This document shows, one piece after another, positions 39,771 through 50,524 of a stretch of 64,000 nucleotides of DNA. How positions within the stretch are numbered: the stretch's first letter is position 1; every line of letters begins with the position of its first letter. A model generated the notes under the pieces. The model was not told where the DNA came from. It saw nothing but the letters and a program-made list of their open reading frames with translations, and did no database searches. The stretch lies in the sequence record SRR2962707_813; one strand, given 5' to 3'. The position numbers and the translations under genes were made by a program.

Positions 39771-41660
39771 TTACCGATCTTCAATCTTCACCTTACCCAC
39801 AATTGGCAGCTTAATCTGAGACGGGTATTCAGCAGAGTGATGAATGGTGTTATGTGCCACAATACCTTCCGTCTCATCATAGTTGTTTCCCCCGGTATTG
39901 AGGTTTCGCATGAACCGTGGAAAGTTGCTACTAGCAACTTCAATCCGGATTCTGTGCCCCTCTTTGAAATAGTTGCTCGTAGATAGAGGTGTAAGGTCGA
40001 TCTTGTAAACTTCTCCCTCTTCCATAAATACTTCCTTATCATATCCTTCCCTGTACCGGGCTCGCTGGATGGTTTCATCCAGGTTGTAAGCGGTACCATC
40101 AGGATGCACATCAATCAACTTGATAGTTAAATCTGTGTCTTTCACATCAGATGAAACATATAAAGACATTTCAATAAACCCTGAAACCTCAATGCCCTCT
40201 GCCAATGGCTCAGAAGTGTAGACCAGAATATCGTTTCGTGTTTCCATTTCCCGTTGGTCCCGAGCTCCGGCATCAATTGCATTGCCGGTGCAGCATACAT
40301 TTCCGCCGTAAGAAAATACCGGATTGTGTGGATCATAGGTGTAGTTGTCCTGATTGGGTTTTGAGGGGGGATTTAGAGAAAGTCTACCATCTCCAAAAAG
40401 GCTGTTTGCATTCCCATCACTATCTAGATAGAGAGAGGTCATGTTAGCATCTTTCGGAGGCCAGGTATCGGAGGTCTTCCACTCATTCTTACCCATCAGG
40501 TAATACTGCACACGTGGTAGGTCATCTGTAAAGTCACTTTTGCCATCGTCTTTGAGCCAGTGATCAAACCAGCCGTAGATCATTTCATCGTAGTTATTGC
40601 GGGCGTCACCCACACTCATCTCACCAACCATGGTATTTTCTGTGGCTCTCTGGTAACCACAATGCAGGGTGGGAGCAATGACCAGGTACTGATTGTCTGC
40701 TACTTTCTTATCAGGATGGTTTCTCATATGATTGAAAAGCGCAAGGTTCGGACTGACAGAAACATCGTACCAGGATACAAACCAGAAGCTCGGCTTGTTG
40801 ATCTCCATATCATCATGGTAAAGCCCGCCTTCAAACCAGGCAGGATCATTTGGTTTCCTTCGGATCATCTTATCAAAAATCTCTTTCTTTCCTCCCATAT
40901 TCTTGAGCATATCCTGAACAGGCAAATGAGACATAGCTGCAAGCATATCATCGATTCGAGGGTTTTCTGGAGCCAGATCGTAAAACCTGGATATTCTGAT
41001 TAGGTCTTCCTGGGTCGCTCCGGCAGGAATACGTGGTTTAAACTTATCATGCTCCACGCCGTATAGCCAGGCAGCAAAGAGCATCTGAAAGGCACCACCC
41101 CGGTACCAGTTGCCTTGCTCGTGATACCCATTGACTGTTCCAACACCGGCACCATACCCCATGGGTACCATGGCTGCATGAGCAGGGTGATCCATTGCAG
41201 CCACTGCCATCTGCCATTCCGCAGTGGAAGAGCAACCGAGTGTTCCGATCTTCCCATTACTCCATTCCTGATCTGCCATCCAGGTGAAAGCATCATATCC
41301 ATCTGTTAATGGCACACCCAGGATATCCCACTCTCCCTCTGAGTAGTATCTTCCTCTTTCATTTTGAACGACATATGCAAATCCTTTTTCTACTGCATCA
41401 AGTGCACGCTCGTAAGTTCGAGTACGCTCCTCTCCATCACCCCAGCTGTTAAAATTGTAAGGCGTTCTGGAGAAAATGATTGGCACTTTTTCATCGGTTT
41501 TAGGTCGGTAGATGTCGGTGGCCAGTCTTACACCATCCCTCATGGGCATCATGACCTTCTGATCGATGATGGCAATTTCTTCAAGTTTTTCCCGAGTGGA
41601 TTGCGCGAACGAGACAGCAACAAATAAGATGGAAAACAGAAATACGGATAACTTTTTCAT
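39771..41660 (-). CDS. CocE/NonD-family hydrolase (peptidase S15-like), secreted
   Basis: [30 protein letters not shown] nucleophile region, SSNFPRF. Confidence 0.93.
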   Translation of the reverse strand: MKKLSVFLFSILFVAVSFAQSTREKLEEIAIIDQKVMMPMRDGVRLATDIYRPKTDEKVPIIFSRTPYNFNSWGDGEERTRTYERALDAVEKGFAYVVQNERGRYYSEGEWDILGVPLTDGYDAFTWMADQEWSNGKIGTLGCSSTAEWQMAVAAMDHPAHAAMVPMGYGAGVGTVNGYHEQGNWYRGGAFQMLFAAWLYGVEHDKFKPRIPAGATQEDLIRISRFYDLAPENPRIDDMLAAMSHLPVQDMLKNMGGKKEIFDKMIRRKPNDPAWFEGGLYHDDMEINKPSFWFVSWYDVSVSPNLALFNHMRNHPDKKVADNQYLVIAPTLHCGYQRATENTMVGEMSVGDARNNYDEMIYGWFDHWLKDDGKSDFTDDLPRVQYYLMGKNEWKTSDTWPPKDANMTSLYLDSDGNANSLFGDGRLSLNPPSKPNQDNYTYDPHNPVFSYGGNVCCTGNAIDAGARDQREMETRNDILVYTSEPLAEGIEVSGFIEMSLYVSSDVKDTDLTIKLIDVHPDGTAYNLDETIQRARYREGYDKEVFMEEGEVYKIDLTPLSTSNYFKEGHRIRIEVASSNFPRFMRNLNTGGNNYDETEGIVAHNTIHHSAEYPSQIKLPIVGKVKIEDR

Positions 41661-41775
41661 GATGCAAGAAAGGTTAGACGGATTAATTTAATGATTTCTG
41701 AAGAAGTCATCGAGGCAATGGAAAGATTGCATTAGAGATTTTAGTAAATTGATTTAGGAAACAATCATATAAATA

Positions 41776-42297
41776 ATGAAAAAGACTACCCTGCTTTCCT
41801 TAATGATGATCCTTGTATCCGCCACAAGCTATGCTCAGGATAAATATATCGACAAGGTTCAAACGCTCGATTCAACCATCGAAACCCTATATGCAGTCAT
41901 CTCCGGAGAAGCCGGGGAAAAAAGGAATTGGGAATTATTTAAATACCTCTTCACCGAAGATGCTCAATTGACCCCATCCGGACCTAATGAGGAAGGAAAA
42001 ATTAGCTATCGTGTGATGAGTCCGGATCAATACATTGAAACATCAGGTGCGTGGCTGGAAGAAAATGGATTTTTTGAAAAAGAGATTTATCGTGTGACCG
42101 AATCGTTTGGTTCACTAACACATATTTTTAGCACCTATGAGTCATACAGAAGTGAATCCGACGAAAAACCATTCACGCGTGGAATCAATAGCATTCAGCT
42201 AATGAAAGATAGTGACCGATGGTGGGTGGTGAATATCTACTGGACTGGGGAGCGAGCAGATAATCCAATACCTGAAAAATACCTTCCAAAAGATTGA
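41776..42297 (+). CDS. Secreted NTF2-like hypothetical protein
   Basis: Signal peptide; LYAVISG..RNWE..FSTYE..RGINSIQL..RWW. Confidence 0.8.
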   Translation: MKKTTLLSLMMILVSATSYAQDKYIDKVQTLDSTIETLYAVISGEAGEKRNWELFKYLFTEDAQLTPSGPNEEGKISYRVMSPDQYIETSGAWLEENGFFEKEIYRVTESFGSLTHIFSTYESYRSESDEKPFTRGINSIQLMKDSDRWWVVNIYWTGERADNPIPEKYLPKD

Positions 42298-42315
42298 TTT
42301 TTTAACTCGTAAGCT

Positions 42316-42666
42316 ATGACCAAACACCGAATTTATACCATGAGCGTTGCTGGAGTGTATCCACACTACGTGACCAAAGCAGAGAAGAAAGGACGAACAA
42401 AAGAAGACGTAGATACCATCATTGAATGGCTCACAGGTTATGATCAGAAAGGACTTCAGGCTGTGCTGGATAACAAAACCAACTTTGAAGATTTCTTCGC
42501 ACAAGCCCCTAAACTCAACCCCAATCGCAAACTGATTAAAGGAGTGGTTTGCGGCATTCGGGTTGAAGAAATTGAGGAGCCACTTATGCAGGAAGTTCGT
42601 TATTTAGATAAATTGATTGATGAGTTGGCGAGGGGAAAAAAGATGGAGAGTATTTTGAGGAAATAA
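42316..42666 (+). CDS. DUF2200-family protein
   Basis: [45 protein letters not shown]. Confidence 0.92.
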   Translation: MTKHRIYTMSVAGVYPHYVTKAEKKGRTKEDVDTIIEWLTGYDQKGLQAVLDNKTNFEDFFAQAPKLNPNRKLIKGVVCGIRVEEIEEPLMQEVRYLDKLIDELARGKKMESILRK

Positions 42667-42670
42667 TATT

Positions 42671-42961
42671 ATGTACATCATTGACTTAAACTACATCGTT
42701 CCGCTGGAGCAATTGGATGCTCATATGACCGATCATGTGAAGTATTTACACAAGTACTATAAGCAGAATAAGTTTGTGGCATCCGGACGAAAAGTACCCA
42801 GAACCGGAGGCATAATTCTGGCTTTGGCCGACTCAAAAGAAGAAGTGGATCAGATCATTTCAGAAGATCCTTTCTTCATTCATAAGCTGGCAGAATTCAA
42901 AATCACTGAGTTTCAAACCTCGCAGATGCATCAGCAGATTAAGCCTTTACTTAAGCCCTGA
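42671..42961 (+). CDS. YciI-family protein
   Basis: HVKYL..SGRKVPRTGGIILA..DPF. Confidence 0.9.
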   Translation: MYIIDLNYIVPLEQLDAHMTDHVKYLHKYYKQNKFVASGRKVPRTGGIILALADSKEEVDQIISEDPFFIHKLAEFKITEFQTSQMHQQIKPLLKP

Positions 42962-43115
42962 AATTCACTTCTCTTGCTTATAGAAGAACTCCTTTTCTTT
43001 CTTCGTTGCTTTTCTAAAATCAAAATGAAGTCTGTTATCTTCTAATAGTAATGTGATTCGTTGATAGTCCTTTAGCTCACCAAACCTTTTGCATTCTTAG
43101 CTTTTAATTTATTAA

Positions 43116-43159
43116 TTATACAAAAGTGTATATAATTGATTATATTTACTTTTGTATAA
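43116..43159. promoter_or_regulatory. Inverted-repeat operator upstream of padR
   Basis: TTATACAAAAGT-N20-ACTTTTGTATAA. Confidence 0.7.
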
Positions 43160-43171
43160 CAAAAAAATCAC

Positions 43172-43513
43172 ATGAGTAAAGGCGAGCATCTTGGTGAATT
43201 AGAAGAGATCATTTTATTGATTACCGCGTCATTGATCGATGATGCATACGCAGTTTCTGTAATGGATGAATTAAAAGCATCAACAGGAAGAAGTATAAAT
43301 GTGAGTGCTGTGCATTCCGTAATGAAACGCCTTGAAAAGAAAGGATTCCTTCAATCACATGTGGGCGGATCAACAAATGAGCGGGGAGGTCGAAGCAAGC
43401 GTATTTACTCAATTACTGCTGCAGGAAAGAAAACACTTCAGGAATCGATGAACCTGAGGGTAGATCTTTATCAAAGAATACCCGGATTCACACTAAACAA
43501 TGCAGGGTCATGA
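43172..43513 (+). CDS. PadR-family transcriptional regulator
   Basis: LGELEEIILL, RLEKKGF, ERGGRSKRIYSITAAG. Confidence 0.92.
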   Translation: MSKGEHLGELEEIILLITASLIDDAYAVSVMDELKASTGRSINVSAVHSVMKRLEKKGFLQSHVGGSTNERGGRSKRIYSITAAGKKTLQESMNLRVDLYQRIPGFTLNNAGS

Positions 43514-46095
43514 AAACTCCCCCTAAGTGGATTAGTCGATTTTTAGAATGGTATTGTGATCCTGATTTACTGGATGAAATAGCCGGAGACGCACTTGAAT
43601 TATACCACCGTCGGTCTACGGAGAGAAGCCAGCGGTATGCAGGCGTGTTTTTCTTTCGTGATGTGTTGGGTTACCTCCGATGGACAAATATCAAAAAGCC
43701 GAAAAAATTTATGAATCCACTTAAAAATCTTATTCTGTTCCGCAGTTTTATGAAAATTGGGATCAGGAATATCACCAGACATTATATCGTCAATTCGATC
43801 AGTATTCTGGGACTTGCTTTGGCCCTTGGCATAGGTATTACCTCATTGATCTTTTATGATGTGCAGGTTAATATGGACGAGTTCCACACTAAAGGAGATC
43901 GGATTTATCAAATAACACAGGTCAGAGAAGGAGCAAAAATTGAAGGGAATACGCCTGCACTTCTTGGCTCCTCATTAAAGGCTGACCTGACTATGGTAGA
44001 GCGCATGACTCGCATTGAGCGACGAGGCGCGTATGTTAAGTATCGAAATGATACGTTTGAGGAACGTATTGCATTCGTTGATCCTGATTTTTTGAGAATC
44101 TTTGATTTCCCGATGATATCGGGTAATGAGTTCGCGCTGACTCAAAAGAGTGCAATAGTCATCAGTTATGAAATGGCCAAAAAATACTTTGCGAATGAGG
44201 ATCCGATTGGGAAGGAAATTCAGATCATGTTCAGCGAAACTCATCAAACAAACTTTGTAGTAACAGGGGTCATGGATAAATATTCTGATTATGCGAGTTT
44301 CTATTTTGACTTCTACATACCCTTTGAAAATCTCACCAATCTTCATAGTGAGGTTAACTGGGGCACACAGACAGATGCAACATTTGTGCTGACCAAACCA
44401 AATACCAATTCTTCAGAATTGAAAGAAGGTTTGAGTCAATACCTTACGCCAATCAATGCAACCCGTGAGGAAAAATTAGTCACTGATTTCAAACTATATC
44501 CGCTTTTCGAAATTTCAGAGCATTGTCGTGAAATAGCAGGTTCAGTTTCGTTTACAGCCCCTGCCTTCACACGTATTTCTCTTGCAGTTATTGCTTTGAT
44601 GCTGATTGCACTTGCTGTCTTCAATTTCATCAATATCTCGATTGCTTCTTATGCTAAGAGACTAAGAGAAATTGCTGTTAGAAAAGTGATAGGTAGTAAT
44701 CGTAGGCAGATCATTTTTCAGTTTTTTACAGAAAGTTTCTTGTTATGTTTATTCAGCTTCCTGCTGGGCATTTACCTGAGTCTGGCGGTATTTACACCAG
44801 GGCTTAATTATTTGATACCGCTACGAATCCCATCTGGTTTTAGCTCTTTATCCTTTATGGTCATATCATTAAGTTGCTTGTTTGCAGGAATTGTTATAAT
44901 AGTTGGCATCTACCCATCTACCTATATTTCTCGTTTTTCATCGAGCCACATACTTAAAGGCATCACTAAGTTTAAACGCAATAGTTTTTTCTCACGGCTG
45001 ATGCTAGCCGGTCAGTTCATTCTGGCATTTATCACAATTTTTGGATGCTTCGTTTTTACCTCCCATACACTGGCGCTTTTTGAGAAAGACTGGGGGTATG
45101 AAGCTAAAGATGTACTGATGGTACGTACAGTGCGTCTCTCGCAAATGGAACTGATGAGGAATGCAATGATGGAAGACGCTCAGGTTAAATCCCTTGCCAT
45201 CTCGATGAATAGTCATATAGGTGCACATAACCCCACCGTCTCCTTTCAATATGAAAATAAAGCGTATGAATCAGTCAGTTACTTTGTGGATGAAAACTAC
45301 CATAAAGCGCTTGGACTTAATCTTAAGTATGGGAGATGGTTTGATGGAACACAGATTGACTTTGATAAATCAGTTATCATAAATGAGGCCATGGTTCAGG
45401 AAATGAACTGGATTGACCCGCTCAATAAAGAGATTGAATATCAAGGGAAAATGCGCAGAATCATTGGTGTGGTGGAAGACTTTCATTACCGCAGTTTTCA
45501 TAGTCTTATCAGACCGGTTTTGTTTTTTGGCCTCCAGGAAGACACCCCATCTAGCCTGTACTATTTAAGTATGAAAAGTGCGTCCAATGATTTGAGAGGG
45601 TTGCAGCTAAAAACACAATTGCTATGGGACGAAATAGCACCAGATGAGCCTTACACCGGCATGCTTCAGGAAAATGCCTTTGAGGCGTTCTATGAGGAAA
45701 CGGAGGCCTCCACTGTTATTTTACTTATAATCAGTTCCATTGCTATCATCCTAGCGTGCCTTGGATTGTTTGGGATGTTTTCGTTTACCATTCAGCGAAG
45801 GTTGAAAGAGTTTAGTATTCGTAAGGTTTTGGGTGCATCTCCACTTTCTATCGTCCATCAGGTTAGTAAAACATACGTCATCATCATATCGATCGCTTTA
45901 TTGGTAGGGGCACCAATCGGTTATCTAATGATTAATAAATTACTGTCGATTATGTATCCGGAACGTATGGAAACAGGATTATCACCTTTTCTTTTGGCTT
46001 TCCTTATTACCGCAGGTACTATCATTATCACGATCATAGGACAAGTTATGCGGGCAGTGAAAGTAAACCCTACTGAAAATTTACGGGGTGATTAA
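43510..46095 (+). CDS. MacB/FtsX-type ABC transporter permease with N-terminal prefix domain
   Basis: PPKW..LEWYC..EIAGD prefix; two FtsX halves (REIAVRKVIG, KEFSIRKVLGAS); NPTENLR end. Confidence 0.92.
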   Translation: MKTPPKWISRFLEWYCDPDLLDEIAGDALELYHRRSTERSQRYAGVFFFRDVLGYLRWTNIKKPKKFMNPLKNLILFRSFMKIGIRNITRHYIVNSISILGLALALGIGITSLIFYDVQVNMDEFHTKGDRIYQITQVREGAKIEGNTPALLGSSLKADLTMVERMTRIERRGAYVKYRNDTFEERIAFVDPDFLRIFDFPMISGNEFALTQKSAIVISYEMAKKYFANEDPIGKEIQIMFSETHQTNFVVTGVMDKYSDYASFYFDFYIPFENLTNLHSEVNWGTQTDATFVLTKPNTNSSELKEGLSQYLTPINATREEKLVTDFKLYPLFEISEHCREIAGSVSFTAPAFTRISLAVIALMLIALAVFNFINISIASYAKRLREIAVRKVIGSNRRQIIFQFFTESFLLCLFSFLLGIYLSLAVFTPGLNYLIPLRIPSGFSSLSFMVISLSCLFAGIVIIVGIYPSTYISRFSSSHILKGITKFKRNSFFSRLMLAGQFILAFITIFGCFVFTSHTLALFEKDWGYEAKDVLMVRTVRLSQMELMRNAMMEDAQVKSLAISMNSHIGAHNPTVSFQYENKAYESVSYFVDENYHKALGLNLKYGRWFDGTQIDFDKSVIINEAMVQEMNWIDPLNKEIEYQGKMRRIIGVVEDFHYRSFHSLIRPVLFFGLQEDTPSSLYYLSMKSASNDLRGLQLKTQLLWDEIAPDEPYTGMLQENAFEAFYEETEASTVILLIISSIAIILACLGLFGMFSFTIQRRLKEFSIRKVLGASPLSIVHQVSKTYVIIISIALLVGAPIGYLMINKLLSIMYPERMETGLSPFLLAFLITAGTIIITIIGQVMRAVKVNPTENLRGD

Positions 46096-46136
46096 ATGGA
46101 GGTCTGATTCCTTTCAATTCGGTAACTTGGACACTT

Positions 46137-46340
46137 ATGGGCGAGCTCCTCAATAAACAACACAAGTTTTATCAACATAATGAACAAGAATTGATAGAAC
46201 AATACAAAGGCCAATTCATTGTCATTCATGATGAAAAGGTGGTTGAGTCCTTTGGCTCGGAGCGAGATGCTTACATCTACTGTGTCCAACATTTTTCTAT
46301 AGGCACCTTCTTAATTCGGGAAGTGCTGGCTAAAACTTAA
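46137..46340 (+). CDS. Small protein, DUF5678-like
   Basis: ELIEQYKGQFIVIHDEKVV..DAY..GTFLI. Confidence 0.7.
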   Translation: MGELLNKQHKFYQHNEQELIEQYKGQFIVIHDEKVVESFGSERDAYIYCVQHFSIGTFLIREVLAKT

Positions 46341-46365
46341 GGGTAGTTTTACAAGCCTCCACTCC

Positions 46366-48675
46366 CTATTTTGACATAGCAATTGGTGCGCCTAGCACTA
46401 CATCGGGAATTCGGAAGGCATCAACCAATGGAACGGCATCCTGACGTACGTCCCAGCATAGCTGGTTTATCAGCTTGCGGATGGCTTTTGTTTTTACCCC
46501 TTCCATGTATCCATGCTCCAGATACCAGCCTTTGTTTTTTTCGATTTGTGACAAAGCAAATAATTGGCACAACTTTGTCAGAGCTGCCTTACAAAGTGGA
46601 TCTTCGGTGGCTTCCACCTGGGCAATGAATTGTTCTAAAATCAGCTGCTCCACATAGGCAAACCCAACCCCCACCATATGGTATTGTGCCTGATTGAAAG
46701 CATCGAACGAATCCATACCCAAGCTAAGATGCTTGCGCAAGCGCTTTGCAGCAGACGTAAGGATGTCCCGCTCTCGATACGCGAAAGCTTTCCTGTGAAA
46801 CTCAAAATCCAACAAATGATTGACATCTGTGCTTCGCACAATGATTGGGTTCATTTCGGCAAGATTGGTTTTTGCCTGCTCCGCCACATATCCCAGCATA
46901 CCAAAGAGGTTGATATCACTGAATTCTTTTTTGAAATCTGACAGCCGACTCTTGGCCACCAGCTGCATCAGCACCGTATTATCTCCCTCAAAAGTGGTAT
47001 ACACGTCCGTGTCATTTTTCAACCGGTCAATGTGGTTTTCGGAGAGATATCCTTTGCCGCCACAAGCTTCCCGGCATTCCTGCAAAGTCTGCGTGGTGTG
47101 CCAGGTAGAAAAAGCTTTCAGCCCGGCGGCCATTGCTTCTATTTCCTGCATATCATCTTCGGTGCGTTTCATGAATCGCTCCGTGAGATGCTGCAAGGCA
47201 AAATGGCATCCATAGGTGGTGGCTAACAGCGGCATCAATCGTCTTTGATGTGTGCGATAGTTCAGGATAGGGACTTCACTTCCGTTTTGCGCACCGAATT
47301 GCCTGCGGCTATCCCCGTAGCGTATAGCAATGGTGAGCCCTGACTTGGCTGCACTTATTCCCGACCGAGGGATGCCGATTCGTCCGCCTACCAGTGTTCC
47401 CAACATCGTAAAAAACCGCCGGTTGTCGCTGGTGATCGGGCTCTGAAATTCTCCATTTTCGTCAATACTGGCATATCTGTCCAGCATGTTCTCCAATGGA
47501 ATCTGTACCTGATCAAACCAGATTTTACCATTATCAACGCCATTGAGACCCATTTTTCGACCACAGTCTTCGATGGTGACGCCCGGTAGTGTCTTCCCTT
47601 TCTCGTCTCTGAGAGGTACCACAAATGCATTCACACCATAATCCACATCGTCAACAATCAGTTTGGCAAATACAGTCGCCATACGTCCGTGTAGTGCGGC
47701 ATTACCAATGTATTCTTTTCCAGCCTGATGGTTTGGCGTATGAATGATAATATTTTTTTTCTTGTGGTTGTATGTAGCCGTGGTTTCGATCCCTTTCACA
47801 TTCGATCCATGTCCTGTTTCAGTCATCGCAAAGCAGCCGGGGAGTTTCAGTGTACCAATGTCGGTGAGGTATTTTTTATGGTGCTTTTCTGTGCCCAGGA
47901 AGTAGATACTCATTCCCCACAAACCAAACTGCACCCCAAATTTTACAACCACACTCAGGTCATGATAGGAGAGTGTCTCCATGATGGCGAAGTATTTAGC
48001 CATATCGTCTTCACCGCCAAACTCCTGTGGATAGGCCGTGGAGCCAAACCCCTGTGCTGCATGCAGTTTGCACCATTCCAGCACCTTGGCACGGTAAGCT
48101 GGCAGGTTGTCCGGATCCACATAATTAAAAGCCGGGTCAGTGAGTACGGTTTTCACGCGCTGGATGATCTCCTTGTGCTCCCCATCGAGCAAATCACCCA
48201 TTGCATCAATGTCAAAACTTGGTGCTGTGCTTAGCAATTCGGACGTGGTGGTGCGCTGGAGCGAACGCAGGTGATAAGCAGACTCCTCTGAGATAATCCC
48301 TAAAGCTTCTTCTATTTCCAAAAGCGGAACTTTTAACTCTTCTGTATCTGGAGCCTGGTGGAGCCTGGCCAAATCCATGCCTATTTCTACCACGCTCTTT
48401 TTCTCTTTCTCCGATATCCGGTCGCTTGACTCACGTATGGTTTTCAGCCAGGATTTTAGTTCGTTTGGGGTGGGCGGATCTTTGGGATCAAGGAATGAAA
48501 GCAGGAATGCCCGTTCGTCAGCTTTCAATGTATGCTGTTTTTCTATGATGGACTGAAGACTCGTCACTTCACCGGGTGTGAGCACCGCATCCGCCCAGGC
48601 CATGTAAAACATAGGAAGAAAGCTATACAGAGCTGGATTGGCCTGCAGCACGGGTGATTGCAGCATGTTTTTCAT
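46366..48675 (-). CDS. Acyl-CoA oxidase/dehydrogenase with N-terminal TerB-like extension
   Basis: GCFAMTETGHGSNV, KMGLNGVDNG, RRQFG, CREACGG, TFEGDN; N-terminal AWADAVLTPGE. Confidence 0.92.
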   Translation of the reverse strand: MKNMLQSPVLQANPALYSFLPMFYMAWADAVLTPGEVTSLQSIIEKQHTLKADERAFLLSFLDPKDPPTPNELKSWLKTIRESSDRISEKEKKSVVEIGMDLARLHQAPDTEELKVPLLEIEEALGIISEESAYHLRSLQRTTTSELLSTAPSFDIDAMGDLLDGEHKEIIQRVKTVLTDPAFNYVDPDNLPAYRAKVLEWCKLHAAQGFGSTAYPQEFGGEDDMAKYFAIMETLSYHDLSVVVKFGVQFGLWGMSIYFLGTEKHHKKYLTDIGTLKLPGCFAMTETGHGSNVKGIETTATYNHKKKNIIIHTPNHQAGKEYIGNAALHGRMATVFAKLIVDDVDYGVNAFVVPLRDEKGKTLPGVTIEDCGRKMGLNGVDNGKIWFDQVQIPLENMLDRYASIDENGEFQSPITSDNRRFFTMLGTLVGGRIGIPRSGISAAKSGLTIAIRYGDSRRQFGAQNGSEVPILNYRTHQRRLMPLLATTYGCHFALQHLTERFMKRTEDDMQEIEAMAAGLKAFSTWHTTQTLQECREACGGKGYLSENHIDRLKNDTDVYTTFEGDNTVLMQLVAKSRLSDFKKEFSDINLFGMLGYVAEQAKTNLAEMNPIIVRSTDVNHLLDFEFHRKAFAYRERDILTSAAKRLRKHLSLGMDSFDAFNQAQYHMVGVGFAYVEQLILEQFIAQVEATEDPLCKAALTKLCQLFALSQIEKNKGWYLEHGYMEGVKTKAIRKLINQLCWDVRQDAVPLVDAFRIPDVVLGAPIAMSK

Positions 48676-48854
48676 ATAATAGGTGTTTAGGAAAAGATAA
48701 CCAAAACGGGTCGTTTACCAGCCATGGGGTTCTTGCCTTTTTTTGATTTTTTTGGAGTCCTCCAAAGACCAACAAAATCCTATGCTTACGTGATTTATTT
48801 ACCGAGACAGGTTCCCGAATAATGATAAGCGAAGGTTATTGATCAATCAGAGAT

Positions 48855-48936
48855 ATGATTGAAATCATGCAGTAGATGCCTTGTTAAAGGCCAAATCTGT
48901 TTGATGATAGTCATTAGACACCCTGACTTCTGTCAA
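48855..48936. promoter_or_regulatory. Three FNR/Crp-like TGAY-N4-RTCA boxes upstream of mlaE
   Basis: ATGAT-tgaa-ATCAT 48855; TTGAT-gata-GTCAT 48901; CTGAC-ttct-GTCAA 48923. Confidence 0.55.
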
Positions 48937-48970
48937 GAAACAGGAGAGCTTCATCTTTTAATTTCACAAT

Positions 48971-49747
48971 GTGGAATCTCGAAGTATGTCCAGGATTTAT
49001 AAGTTTCTAGCAGAGACGACAGACGTTAGTCGGTTTGCTATACGCTTTTTTAAAGATGGACTAAAGCCACCGTTTGAAACTGAGGAAATCATCAAGCAAT
49101 CATTTGCTATTGGCTATAAATCCTTGCCCTTGGTAGGGATTACCTCCTTTATTATGGGGTTGGTTTTGACTATTCAGTCTCGTCCAACGCTGGTTGAATT
49201 TGGTGCTCAATCTTGGCTACCCAGTATGGTGGCTATTTCTATCATCCGAGAAATAGGGCCGGTGATAACCGCCCTGATTTGCGCTGGAAAAATTGGTTCT
49301 AGTATCGGGGCAGAATTAGGCTCCATGAAGGTAACCGAACAAATAGATGCCATGGAGGTCTCTGGCACCAATCCATTCAAATTCCTTGTCGCTACAAGGA
49401 TTATAGCTACCACATTGATGCTGCCGCTATTGGTTATCCTGTCAGATGCTATAGGGATATTCGGATCATACTTGGCTGTTAATATCAAGGACACAGTGAG
49501 CTTTACTTTATTCTTCAATCAGGTATTCGATTCGCTTTCATTTAGTGACGTTATCCCTGCCATCATTAAAACCTTCTTTTTTGGTTTTGCAATAGGGCTC
49601 ATTGGTTGTTATAAAGGGTACCATTCTGAAAAAGGAACGCAGGGTGTAGGACGATCCGCCAATTCAGCCGTTGTTGTAGCTTCATTGCTGGTTTTTGTTC
49701 TTGATTTGATTGCCGTTCAAATAGCAGACTTATTTTATGAATTATAA
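48971..49747 (+). CDS. mlaE: MlaE-family ABC transporter permease
   Basis: REIGPVITALICAGKIGSSIGAELGSMKVTEQIDAME; start may be ATG 48986. Confidence 0.93.
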   Translation: MESRSMSRIYKFLAETTDVSRFAIRFFKDGLKPPFETEEIIKQSFAIGYKSLPLVGITSFIMGLVLTIQSRPTLVEFGAQSWLPSMVAISIIREIGPVITALICAGKIGSSIGAELGSMKVTEQIDAMEVSGTNPFKFLVATRIIATTLMLPLLVILSDAIGIFGSYLAVNIKDTVSFTLFFNQVFDSLSFSDVIPAIIKTFFFGFAIGLIGCYKGYHSEKGTQGVGRSANSAVVVASLLVFVLDLIAVQIADLFYEL

Positions 49748-50522
49748 GGAAGCCGATATTGAAACTGCAACTCAGGAAAATGCTGATGCATGGCAAGTTC
49801 CGTCTGTTGAGATCATTGATCTAAAGAAATCATTCGGCAATAATCATGTGCTGAAAGGATTTAACCTTTCCATTAAACAAGGTGAAAATGTAGCGGTCCT
49901 TGGCAAATCCGGAAGTGGCAAATCCGTACTTATCAAATGCATTGTCGGTTTGATTAAACCTGATTCGGGTCAAATCAAGGTGTTTGGCAGAGATGTGGTC
50001 AACCTTGATCGGCAGGAACTGGACGAGGTGAGAAGCAAGATTGGATTTCTTTTCCAAAGCAATGCATTGTATGATTCGCTGACTGTGAGAGAAAACCTTG
50101 AATTCCCTATGCGGCGGTTGAGAATAAAAAAAACCAAAGAGCAGGTTGATGAAATGGTTCATGAAGCGCTGGAGAGTGTGGGATTGCCCGATGTACAGGA
50201 ACTCATGCCTGCATCACTATCAGGAGGTATGAAAAAAAGAATTGGTGTTGCACGTACACTCATTCTACAGCCAAACATCATATTGTATGATGAGCCAACC
50301 TCGGGTTTGGATCCTATTACAAGTAGGGAAATAGCCAATTTGATGAATGAGGTTCATCGGAAGTACAAGACGTCTTCCATTATTATTTCGCACGATATGA
50401 AATGCATAAAACGCACGGCTCAGCGAATTGTGATATTGAACAATGGAATTGATTACCTGCAAGGAAGCTATGAGGAATTAAAAAACTCCCAGGATGAGAT
50501 TGTAAATTCATTCTTTTTATAG
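49737..50522 (+). CDS. mlaF: MlaF-family ABC ATP-binding protein
   Basis: GKSGSGKS, LSGGMKKR, YDEPTSGLDP. Confidence 0.93.
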   Translation: MNYKEADIETATQENADAWQVPSVEIIDLKKSFGNNHVLKGFNLSIKQGENVAVLGKSGSGKSVLIKCIVGLIKPDSGQIKVFGRDVVNLDRQELDEVRSKIGFLFQSNALYDSLTVRENLEFPMRRLRIKKTKEQVDEMVHEALESVGLPDVQELMPASLSGGMKKRIGVARTLILQPNIILYDEPTSGLDPITSREIANLMNEVHRKYKTSSIIISHDMKCIKRTAQRIVILNNGIDYLQGSYEELKNSQDEIVNSFFL

Positions 50523-50524
50523 AT

